Source: Gemmatimonadales bacterium
GTDB lineage: Bacteria > Gemmatimonadota > Gemmatimonadetes > Gemmatimonadales > GWC2-71-9
Direction: 5' to 3'
Length of the DNA: 51,905 nucleotides
NCBI GenBank assembly: GCA_035311125.1
Contig: DATGDE010000064.1
Coordinates: 1-51,905, forward strand
Part shown: positions 11,415 through 18,949 of the stretch, one piece after another
Layout of the letters: every line of letters begins with the position of its first letter
How positions within the stretch are numbered: the stretch's first letter is position 1
The notes under the pieces: generated by a model
Told to the model about the DNA's origin: nothing
Databases searched by the model: none
Seen by the model: only the letters and a program-made list of their open reading frames with translations
Translations under genes and position numbers: made by a program

Positions 11415-12278
11415 CTAGTCGAGCATGTCCTCGAACCGCAGCCAGCGCCGGTAGAAGTACAGGTCCACGAAGCCGGTTGGTCCGTTGCGATTCTTCGCGA
11501 CCAGCAGCTCGGTCGCGCCATCCACGCCGTACCCCGGGTTGTACATCTCCTCGCGATACAGGCCGAGCACCACGTCGGCGTGCTGTTTCACGGCGCCGAG
11601 ATGGCCGAAATCGTCGAGCGCGGGCCGGGGGTTGGTGCGGCCGGGCGTGAAGCGTGGGAGCTGGGAGACCACCAGGAACGCCGCCTGACGCTCGAGCGCC
11701 TCGGCCTTGAGCCGGCGCAGCACGGCGGCCATCTCCTCGTCCTGAGCTCCCGCCGTCGAGCCTGCGGGAGGCGGCACGAGTTGCAGGTAGTCCAGCACGA
11801 TGAGGGCCAGCGGACCGATACCGTCCAGCCGGGCCAGCGCGGCCTCGAGGTCCGGCGCCGCGAGCGGGAGGAGGCTGAGGGGCAGGCCGCGCAGCCGCAC
11901 CGCGGCGGCGCCGATGCCGGCGCGCATCTGGTCGTTCAGAGCGCCCGAACGCAGCTCGTCCACCGACACGCGCCCCTCGAGCGCCAGCGCCCGCTCCATG
12001 AGGCGTTCCTCGTCCATCTCTCCCGAGAGCAGGGCCACCCCCAGGTTCTGCCGGGCGACGCGCAGCGCGAGTCCCAGCACGAGCGACGACTTGCCCACTC
12101 CCACATCGCCGCCCAGCACGACCAGGTCGCGGCGCCGCAGGCCGCCGCCCAGCAGGCGGTCGATCGACGGAAAGCCGGTCGGCACGGTGTCGTTGGGGAC
12201 TTCTCCGGGGCGCTGCGCGTCGACGCGGTGCACGACCGACTCGAGCGACGGACGTCGGGGCAGGCGGTGGGTGGTCAT
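11415..12278 (-). CDS. DnaB-family ATPase consisting of the C-terminal RecA-like domain only
   Basis: TGFPSIDRLLGGGLRRRDLVVLGGDVGVGKSS (Walker A), LIVLDYLQLV (Walker B), VVSQLPRF (SQLxR), LDDFGHLGAVKQHADVVLGLYREEMY, AKNRNGPTG. These are all DnaB C-domain motifs. Only about 40 aa precede them, so there is no N-terminal helicase domain. Confidence 0.75.
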   Translation of the reverse strand: MTTHRLPRRPSLESVVHRVDAQRPGEVPNDTVPTGFPSIDRLLGGGLRRRDLVVLGGDVGVGKSSLVLGLALRVARQNLGVALLSGEMDEERLMERALALEGRVSVDELRSGALNDQMRAGIGAAAVRLRGLPLSLLPLAAPDLEAALARLDGIGPLALIVLDYLQLVPPPAGSTAGAQDEEMAAVLRRLKAEALERQAAFLVVSQLPRFTPGRTNPRPALDDFGHLGAVKQHADVVLGLYREEMYNPGYGVDGATELLVAKNRNGPTGFVDLYFYRRWLRFEDMLD

Positions 12279-12281
12279 GAC

Positions 12282-12668
12282 CTAATGTAAGCGCGCATCC
12301 CGCGCGGCCGCCGCCACGGCATCGGCGGCTTCGGGCCCCAGGACGTCGCGCGTCGGCGCGACGAGCTGCGCCAGCACGACGGCCGCAGCCGCCGGCGTTC
12401 CCGGCTCGAGCTGCGCGCGCGCGCCGCTGAAGGCCCGCTTGAGCGGGCCGGGCAGGGCGAGACCGCCAAGTCGGTTCTCGAGCGCGGCGAGCCGGCGGCG
12501 GTGATTCTTCAGGCTGATCGGATCGGGCGGCAGGAGCGCCTCGGCGGCGCGCAGCACGAGCCACAGCGCATACAGACCGTCGCGACGGGGGCCACGCTCG
12601 GCTTCCGCCACCAGCGCTACTACGCGCGCCTCGCTCGCGGTCACCGCCCCGATCCCGTCCCCGCTCAC
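12282..12668 (-). CDS. hypothetical Ala/Leu-rich helical protein (128 aa)
   Basis: C-terminal part of track ORF 12282..13649. GTG 12668 forms a GTGA overlap with the GT9 stop. Its stop lies 3 nt before the DnaB-like ATG. No family recognised. Confidence 0.45.
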   Translation of the reverse strand: MSGDGIGAVTASEARVVALVAEAERGPRRDGLYALWLVLRAAEALLPPDPISLKNHRRRLAALENRLGGLALPGPLKRAFSGARAQLEPGTPAAAAVVLAQLVAPTRDVLGPEAADAVAAAARDARLH

Positions 12669-13654
12669 GCGACCAGGACCTCGGCCGCGGCGGCGACCTC
12701 GTCCGGCCCGATGTCGCGGAGGCAGCGGTGGTGGCCCATGGGGCAGCGCGGCCCTCCCATCGGGGTGCAGGGGCGGCAGTCGAGCGGGCGCTCGAGCACC
12801 GTGGCCCTCGCCATATAAGGAAAGAACCCGAACTGCTCCACCGTCGGGCCGAACAACGCCACCACCGGGGTGGCCACACCGGTCGCCATGTGCATGACGC
12901 CCGTGTCGCCGGTGATCGCCACCCGGGCCCGCGCGAGCACCGCACCCGTTTCCTGCAGCGTGAATGCCCCGGCCGCGTTCTCGACCAGCGGGACCAGCGC
13001 CTCCGCCGCCGCGCGATCTTCCGGTCCGCCGACCGCCACCAGCACGTAGCCTCGAGTCCGGAGGCGTTGCGCGAGTCCGAGCCAGCGCTCGTGGGGCCAG
13101 CGCTTGGTGAAGTGCGCCGCCCCCGGCGCGAGCACCGCCAGCGGCCGGGCGTCGAGGCCACGCTCGCCGAGCCAGCGCGCGGCCTGCGCGCGCGCCGCGG
13201 CGCCGAGAAAGAACTCCGCTGGACCGCCGTCGGGCCGCACGTCCAATCCCCGCGCCGCGTCGAAGTAGCGCTCGGCCACGGGCACACGACGTCCGTACAG
13301 ATCGAGCTTGGTGGAGACGAGCACTCCGCGCGCGAGCTTGCGCTTCGAGTACCCGTGCCACGGACAGCGCACGAGCAGGCGCAACGCCGTGCTGCGCAGA
13401 CTGCCGTGCAGGTCGAGCCCCCGCGTGGGGTCGAGCGCCGCCAGGCGCCGGGCCAGCGCGCGCACCGGCTCGCCCGGGGCGAGCGACACTACCCGGGAGA
13501 GGTGCGGGTTGTCGGCCACCAGCGGGGCCATGGCCTGTTTCGTGACGAAGACGAGCTGCGCATCGGGGTGGCGGGCGCGGAGCGCGCGGACGAGTGGGGT
13601 GGTGAGGAGCACGTCGCCGATGGAGCTGAAGCGGACGAGGAGAAAGCACGGCAC
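12665..13654 (-). CDS. glycosyltransferase family 9 (LPS heptosyltransferase-like)
   Basis: (V)PCFLLVRFSSIGDVLLTTPLVRALR..., ...TGDTGVMHMA: GT9/RfaF-WaaC family signatures. GTG start at 13654. Confidence 0.85.
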   Translation of the reverse strand: MPCFLLVRFSSIGDVLLTTPLVRALRARHPDAQLVFVTKQAMAPLVADNPHLSRVVSLAPGEPVRALARRLAALDPTRGLDLHGSLRSTALRLLVRCPWHGYSKRKLARGVLVSTKLDLYGRRVPVAERYFDAARGLDVRPDGGPAEFFLGAAARAQAARWLGERGLDARPLAVLAPGAAHFTKRWPHERWLGLAQRLRTRGYVLVAVGGPEDRAAAEALVPLVENAAGAFTLQETGAVLARARVAITGDTGVMHMATGVATPVVALFGPTVEQFGFFPYMARATVLERPLDCRPCTPMGGPRCPMGHHRCLRDIGPDEVAAAAEVLVA

Positions 13655-13662
13655 GCGGGCAT

Positions 13663-13668
13663 AAGCTA
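13663..13668 (-). promoter_or_regulatory. -10-like hexamer TAGCTT, 8 nt upstream of GT9 GTG start
   Basis: Minus-strand reading: cgTAGCTTatgcccgcGTG. No SD. -35 unclear. Confidence 0.4.
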
Positions 13669-13679
13669 CGGAGTTTCCG

Positions 13680-13709
13680 TTGCCGAGCGAGCCCCCGTCC
13701 GGCTAGCTT
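13680..13709 (+). promoter_or_regulatory. sigma-70-like promoter TTGCCG-18-TAGCTT, 8 nt upstream of ATG 13718
   Basis: TTGCCG 13680-13685, TAGCTT 13704-13709, then acgcctcg, then ATG. Confidence 0.5.
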
Positions 13710-13717
13710 ACGCCTCG

Positions 13718-15301
13718 ATGCCCCGTCCGAAGACCATCCTCTGGGTGGACGACGAGGTGGACGGCCTCGCCGCCCACCGCCGCTTCCTCGAAGAGCAGGG
13801 GTTCGCCGTCGAGCAGGCGGCGCACGGCGACGATGCGCTGGCCCTGTTGCGCAAGCAACCCTATTCGGTCGTGCTGCTCGACGAACAGATGCCGGGCCGC
13901 CGCGGCCTCGAGCTGCTGGGCGAGATCCGCTCCATCGATCCCGCCATGCCGGTCGTGATGGTGACGCAGAGCGAGGACCAGGCGACGCTGCGCGAGGCGA
14001 TCGGCGTCGAGGTGGACGACTACCTGGTGAAGCCGGTGCACCCCCGCCAGGTGCTGTCCGTCGTGACCCGGCTGGTCGAGGGCGACCGCATCCGCCAGCA
14101 GCGGCTGGCGCGCGACTTCGTGACCCGTTTCCGCGAGCTGGAGGCGCGGCGCGGGGCGGCGATGGCCTGGCGCGAGTGGATCGAGCTGGTGGTCGAGCTG
14201 GTGCGCTGGGAAGTGCGGCTCTCGGCCGGGAACGAGCCGGGGCTGTCGGAGGCTCTGACGTCTCTGCAGACGGGGCTGCGCAAGGACTTCGCCGAGTTCG
14301 TGAAGCGCAACTACGCCCGCTGGCTGGCGCAGCCCGAGGGCGACCGGCCGCCGCTCTCGGTGGACGTCGGGGCCGAGTTCCTCGTCCCCGTCCTTCAGGC
14401 GTCCCACAAGGCGTTGTTCATCGTGGTGGACTGCCTGCGGCTCGATCAGTGGGAAGTGCTGCGCGATCTGGTCACGCCGCTGTTCGACGTCGAGGAGTCG
14501 CACTACTTCAGCATCCTGCCCACGGCCACGCCGTTCTCGCGCAACGCGATCTTCTCGGGGATGTTCCCGATGGAAATCGCCGCGCGCCACCCGAAGTGGT
14601 GGGGCCAGCCGTCCGACGAGGAGAGCCTCAACACCTACGAGCCGCAGCTCCTCGCCGAGCAGCTCGAGGATCTGATGGGGCACCCGGTGCCGGTGCGCTA
14701 CGAGAAGCTGTTCTCCGCCGCGGACGGTGGGGATCTGCTGCGCCGGCTGCCCGCGCACCTCCAGCAGGACGGGGTGACGGCGCTGGTCTTCAACTTCATC
14801 GACCTCCTCACGCACGGCCGCTCCGAGAGCGCGATCCTCTACGAGGTGGCCCGCGACACGGCGGCGCTGCGCGGCCTGACGCGCACCTGGTTCGAGCGCT
14901 CGCCGCTGCGCGCCGCGCTCGAGGAGGCCGAGCGCCGTGGCGTCACGGTGCTGCTCACGACCGATCACGGCTCAATCCACTGCGAGACGCCCGCCACGGT
15001 GTTCGCCAAGCGCGACACCACCGCGAATCTCCGCTACAAGTTCGGCGAGGACCTGCGCGCCGAGGATCCCGAGGCGGCGATCGCGGTGGAGGACCTGAAG
15101 TCCTGGGGGCTGCCGCCGATGGGGCTGGGCGTGCGCATGCTGCTCGCCACCGGCGACCGCTTCTTCGTCTATCCCACCAAGCTGCGCGAGTACCAGGCCC
15201 GCTATCGCGGCTCGTTCCTGCACGGGGGCGTGAGTCCCGAGGAAGTGATTCTGCCGGTGGCGCTGCTCACGCCGCGCAGCGCCGGGCGGGGAGCCCGCTA
15301 G
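13718..15301 (+). CDS. response regulator with PglZ (alkaline-phosphatase superfamily) output domain, PorX-like
   Basis: REC domain (ILWVDDE..., VLLDEQMPG, DYLVKP) followed by PglZ motifs (FIVVDCLRLDQWE, PTATPFSRNAIFSG, FNFIDLLTHG, LLTTDHGS). 527 aa from the internal ATG of track ORF 12728..15301. Confidence 0.85.
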   Translation: MPRPKTILWVDDEVDGLAAHRRFLEEQGFAVEQAAHGDDALALLRKQPYSVVLLDEQMPGRRGLELLGEIRSIDPAMPVVMVTQSEDQATLREAIGVEVDDYLVKPVHPRQVLSVVTRLVEGDRIRQQRLARDFVTRFRELEARRGAAMAWREWIELVVELVRWEVRLSAGNEPGLSEALTSLQTGLRKDFAEFVKRNYARWLAQPEGDRPPLSVDVGAEFLVPVLQASHKALFIVVDCLRLDQWEVLRDLVTPLFDVEESHYFSILPTATPFSRNAIFSGMFPMEIAARHPKWWGQPSDEESLNTYEPQLLAEQLEDLMGHPVPVRYEKLFSAADGGDLLRRLPAHLQQDGVTALVFNFIDLLTHGRSESAILYEVARDTAALRGLTRTWFERSPLRAALEEAERRGVTVLLTTDHGSIHCETPATVFAKRDTTANLRYKFGEDLRAEDPEAAIAVEDLKSWGLPPMGLGVRMLLATGDRFFVYPTKLREYQARYRGSFLHGGVSPEEVILPVALLTPRSAGRGAR

Positions 15302-17116
15302 ATGGCCGAGGGGCGTGGAGCGCGCCTGCTCCACCTGCTCCGCCCGTACGTGCCGCTGTTCGCCGTCACCATCGGCGCCACGATCGTGGCCTCGGTGCTG
15401 GACGGCTTCACCTTCGTCCTGCTGATCCCGTTCCTGCGCACCCTGTTCCATCAGCCGGCGATCGCCGCCGCCGGCGGCTCCGCGGTGCAGACGCTGCTCC
15501 GCAAGATCGCCGGCCCGTTCCTCTCCACCGGCGAGCCCGCGGTGGCGCTGCGCAACGTCGTCCTGGTGCTGCTCGTGGCGTTGATCCTGAAGAACGCCTG
15601 CGAGTACCTGTCGGCCTACTGGTCGGTGGTGATCCAGGAAGGGGTGGTGCGGGACCTGCGGGTCCGCCTATTCCGCCACCTGCAGACCCTGCCGCTCGCC
15701 TTCTTCCAGCGCACCCGGGCCGGCCAGACGGTGGCGCGGCTCATCACCGACGCCGACCAGGTCAAGACCGCCGTCAGCGCCGCGCTCGCGTCGCTGATGC
15801 AGAACAGCGTGATGATCGTGGTCTATCTGGCGGTGATGCTCGGACTGTCGGTGCGGCTCACCCTGGTGGCGCTGGTGTTCGCACCCATCCTGCTGTTCGT
15901 GATCCGGCCGCTGGTGCGTCGGCTGCGTCGCCGCTCGCGCGAGGTGGCGGCCGAGCGCGGCGAGCTGACGGCGCACGTGAGCGAGATGATGAATTCGGTG
16001 AAGCTGGTGCGGGCCTACACCGCGGAGGCGTACGAGGCCGGGCGGTTCAAGGAGCTGGCCAACCGCTTCAAGAAGCGCGTGCTCCGTGCCCAGCGCTTCT
16101 CCAGCCTGACGAGCCCTGTGAGCGAGGTGTTCGGCGGCATGATGATCGTCGCCATCCTGTGGTACGGGACGCTGCTGGCGCTGCAGGCCACGCGCGGGCT
16201 CGGTCCCGAGGAGCTCATCACCTTCCTCATCGTGGCGCTGCGTCTCAACTCCCCGATCAAGTCCATCGCCAACTACCCGGCAATCATGGCCGGTGCGGCG
16301 GCGGCGGCCGACCGGGTGTTCGAGGTGCTGGATCTTCCCTCCGAGGAAACGGACCGCCCCGGCGAGACGCCGGCGCGGTTCGCCGGGCAGATCGAGTACC
16401 ACGGCGTGTGCTTCGCCTACGGGCAGGACGCGGCCGTGCTGCGCGACGTGAATTTCGAGGTGCGGCGCGGCGAGGTCGTGGCGATCGTCGGCCCCTCCGG
16501 GGCGGGGAAGACCACGCTGGTGGACCTGCTGCCCCGCTTCTATGAGCCGTCGAGCGGCGTGATCCTGTTCGACGGCGTGCCGATCACCCGCTACACCCGC
16601 TCCTCGCTGCGCGGCTTGATGGGGATCGTCTCGCAGGAGACGATCCTCCTGAACGACACGGTGCTGGCCAACATCGCCTATGGGAAGCCGGACTTCACCA
16701 TCGAGCAGGTGCAGGCGGCCGCGCGCGCGGCGAACGCCGCGGAGTTCATCGAGCATCTTCCCGAAGGCTACCACACGGTGCTGGGCGAGCGCGGCACGCG
16801 GCTCTCCGGCGGCCAGCGGCAGCGCATCGCGATCGCCCGCGCGCTGCTGCGCGATCCGCCGATTCTCATCCTCGACGAGGCGACGAGTGCGCTCGACGCC
16901 GCGTCGGAGCGGCTGGTGCAGGAGGCGATCGACCGCCTGATGCAGCACCGCACGGTATTCGTCATCGCGCACCGGCTCGCGACGGTCCAGCACGCCGACC
17001 AGATCCTCGTGCTGGCCGAAGGCCGCATCGTGGAACGGGGCACGCACGACGAGCTGCTGGCGAAGGACGGCCTCTATCGCCGGCTCTACGACCTGCAATT
17101 CGGTCCCGCCGCCTGA
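15302..17116 (+). CDS. ABC exporter, fused permease/ATPase (MsbA-like lipid or glycolipid flippase family)
   Basis: Six-TM domain, then GPSGAGKTT, LSGGQRQRIAIARAL, ILILDEATSALD. ATG immediately follows the TAG of the upstream gene. Confidence 0.9.
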   Translation: MAEGRGARLLHLLRPYVPLFAVTIGATIVASVLDGFTFVLLIPFLRTLFHQPAIAAAGGSAVQTLLRKIAGPFLSTGEPAVALRNVVLVLLVALILKNACEYLSAYWSVVIQEGVVRDLRVRLFRHLQTLPLAFFQRTRAGQTVARLITDADQVKTAVSAALASLMQNSVMIVVYLAVMLGLSVRLTLVALVFAPILLFVIRPLVRRLRRRSREVAAERGELTAHVSEMMNSVKLVRAYTAEAYEAGRFKELANRFKKRVLRAQRFSSLTSPVSEVFGGMMIVAILWYGTLLALQATRGLGPEELITFLIVALRLNSPIKSIANYPAIMAGAAAAADRVFEVLDLPSEETDRPGETPARFAGQIEYHGVCFAYGQDAAVLRDVNFEVRRGEVVAIVGPSGAGKTTLVDLLPRFYEPSSGVILFDGVPITRYTRSSLRGLMGIVSQETILLNDTVLANIAYGKPDFTIEQVQAAARAANAAEFIEHLPEGYHTVLGERGTRLSGGQRQRIAIARALLRDPPILILDEATSALDAASERLVQEAIDRLMQHRTVFVIAHRLATVQHADQILVLAEGRIVERGTHDELLAKDGLYRRLYDLQFGPAA

Positions 17117-17979
17117 TGCTGTCCGGTTTCACCATCGTCCGCAACGCGATCAAGCTCGACTTCCCCATCGTCCCCGCCATCCGGTCGGTGCTCGAGGTGT
17201 GCGACGAGGTGGTGGTGAACGTGGGCAAGTCCGAGGACGAGACGCGCGATCTCGTCGCCGGCGTGAACGACCCCCGGGTGCGCATCATCGACAGCGAGTG
17301 GGACTTCACCCGCAAGAACGAGATGCTTTCCCAGGAGACCCTGAAGGCGATGGCGGCCTGCCGCGGGAGCTGGGGGATCTACATCCAGGCGGACGAGGTG
17401 CTGCACGAGGACGGAGCGCGGGCGCTGCGGGACCGGACGCGGGAATGGGACGCGGACGAGCGGGTGGAGGGGCTGCTGGTGCGCTATCTCCACTTCTACG
17501 GCGGCTTCGACACCGTGGCGACCAACCGCCGCTGGTACCGTCGCGAGGTGCGCTGCATCCGACTGGGGCGCGACATCCGCCCCTATCAGGGCGCGCAGGG
17601 GTTCCGGGTCGGCCCGGAGTACCGGAAGATCCGCGCGCGTGCGACCGACGCGGTCATGTTCCACTACGGGTGGGCGCGGCCCGCGCGGGCCATCCGCGAG
17701 AAACTCGAGATCTCCAAGGTCATCTACCCCTGGAGCCGGGAACGCTCGGCGCAGGAGCAGGAGCGCGGCTACCTGGAGTGGCTGCCGCTCCTCAAGTCCT
17801 ACACGGGATCACATCCCCGGGCGGCGCAGGACTGGATCCGCGAGCGGATGGTGGATCCCGAGCGCCGGATCGGCCCGCGGCACTTCAAGCCGGAGCATCT
17901 GCGCTTCTACGCGTCGGATTGGATCGAACGGCTCACCGGAGAGCGGATCTTCGAATTCCGCAACTACCAGCTCGTCTAG
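17116..17979 (+). CDS. GT-A fold glycosyltransferase (family 2-like)
   Basis: MLSGFTIVRNAIKLDFPIVPAIRSVLEVCDEVVVNVGKSEDETR... resembles a widespread GT2-annotated family. TGATG overlap with the ABC gene. Confidence 0.6.
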   Translation: MLSGFTIVRNAIKLDFPIVPAIRSVLEVCDEVVVNVGKSEDETRDLVAGVNDPRVRIIDSEWDFTRKNEMLSQETLKAMAACRGSWGIYIQADEVLHEDGARALRDRTREWDADERVEGLLVRYLHFYGGFDTVATNRRWYRREVRCIRLGRDIRPYQGAQGFRVGPEYRKIRARATDAVMFHYGWARPARAIREKLEISKVIYPWSRERSAQEQERGYLEWLPLLKSYTGSHPRAAQDWIRERMVDPERRIGPRHFKPEHLRFYASDWIERLTGERIFEFRNYQLV

Positions 17980-18921
17980 TCAGACGGTCCAGGGAGTCGC
18001 CTTTCCCGCCGGCAGGTCGCCCGTTTCGCACAACCCGCGATACACGCGCACGTACTCCTCCGCCATCACCCGGTGGGTGAAGAACCGCTCGGCGTGGGCC
18101 CGGCACGCTTCGGGTTTGCGCGAAGCGATGGTGCGCGACGCCTCGACCATCTCCTCCAGGGTGTCGCACAGCGCCCCGACGTCGGGCGTCAGGACCTCGG
18201 GCAGGGCGCCCCGCCTGGTGGCGAGCACCGGCGTGCCCGAGAACAGCGCCTCGATCGTCGTGAGGCCGAACGGCTCGTCCCACAGGGCCGGCATCCACAG
18301 GCAACGCGCGCCGGACAGGAGCTCCGCCTTCTTCTTCCCGTCTACTTCGCCCACGAAGCGGATCCGGATCGAGAAGCTGGGTCGCCAGCCGCCGGCCAGC
18401 AGCAGGCGCCGGTTGGTGCGCTTCGCTCCCTCGATCGCCCAGTGATAGCCCTTGGCGCTGTGCAGGCGGCCGATGAAGAAGTCGTAGTCGTGCTTCTTCG
18501 TCTGATAGAGGAATTCGCCGGGGTCGAGCCCCGCATACACGAACGCCGTGGCGCCGTGGCGCGTCGCGTGGTTCCTGGAGAGAAACGCCGCGTGCGGCGG
18601 CACGGCCTCGCCCTGCTTCAGGTTGCCGTAGATCGTCTGCAGGAACGGCGGGCCGCCGGGCAGCCGGCGCACCGGGAAATGGGCATGCGCGACGTCGGCA
18701 TCGCGGGGGAGGTGAGGAGCGAGATCGAATGCCGGATCCCGCAGGCGCGGGGCGGGGACCTCGACCACCGTCGCCTCGGCCAGCTTCGTGCCCGGCGCGG
18801 CGATCAGCGTCACGCGATGGCCGAGCTCGGCGAGCCCGCGCACCAGCGCCACGACGATGCGCTCGGTGCCGCCGTACCCCTTCACCGGCAGACGGTGGTG
18901 CGAGATCACGGCGATGTGCAT
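17980..18921 (-). CDS. glycosyltransferase family 4 (GT-B)
   Basis: MHIAVISHHRLPVKGYGGTERIV..., ...EPFGLTTIEALFSGTPVLATRRGALPEV (EX7E-type motif). Confidence 0.8.
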   Translation of the reverse strand: MHIAVISHHRLPVKGYGGTERIVVALVRGLAELGHRVTLIAAPGTKLAEATVVEVPAPRLRDPAFDLAPHLPRDADVAHAHFPVRRLPGGPPFLQTIYGNLKQGEAVPPHAAFLSRNHATRHGATAFVYAGLDPGEFLYQTKKHDYDFFIGRLHSAKGYHWAIEGAKRTNRRLLLAGGWRPSFSIRIRFVGEVDGKKKAELLSGARCLWMPALWDEPFGLTTIEALFSGTPVLATRRGALPEVLTPDVGALCDTLEEMVEASRTIASRKPEACRAHAERFFTHRVMAEEYVRVYRGLCETGDLPAGKATPWTV

Positions 18922-18929
18922 CGGGGCCC

Positions 18930-18935
18930 AGTATA
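18930..18935 (-). promoter_or_regulatory. -10-like hexamer TATACT, 8 nt upstream of ATG 18921
   Basis: Minus-strand reading: agctagtTATACTgggccccgATG. Confidence 0.4.
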
Positions 18936-18937
18936 AC

Positions 18938-18943
18938 TAGCTT
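18938..18943 (+). promoter_or_regulatory. -10-like hexamer TAGCTT, 6 nt upstream of ATG 18950
   Basis: gtataacTAGCTTcgctccATG. The whole divergent intergenic region is only 28 bp. Confidence 0.4.
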
Positions 18944-18949
18944 CGCTCC

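Noticed and set aside
11415-12278. DnaB-like gene as a prophage or plasmid remnant.
   Set aside because: No integrase, primase, terminase, repeats or compositional break is visible nearby. The gene is translationally linked to a GT9 operon. It is kept as a finding, but not called a mobile element.
11308-13287. 659-aa track ORF on the minus strand. The same applies to similar very long ORFs: 28..648, 911..2371, 2322..3635, 7894..9585, 14176..16545, 15668..17098, 17933..19216, 28120..29889, 29901..32015, 30268..32133, 36063..38366, 36934..38376 and 49648..51165.
   Set aside because: Their translations are Arg/Ala/Gly/Pro-rich low-complexity strings with no family motifs. Each overlaps, in another frame or antisense, a gene with clear homology-type motifs and high GC3. 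These are typical shadow ORFs of about 70% GC DNA.
13718-15301. PglZ domain as a marker of a BREX/PGL phage-defence locus.
   Set aside because: The PglZ domain is fused to a receiver domain (PorX architecture). None of the other BREX genes (pglX methyltransferase, brxC ATPase, brxL and so on) is present. The neighbours are LPS or glycolipid genes.
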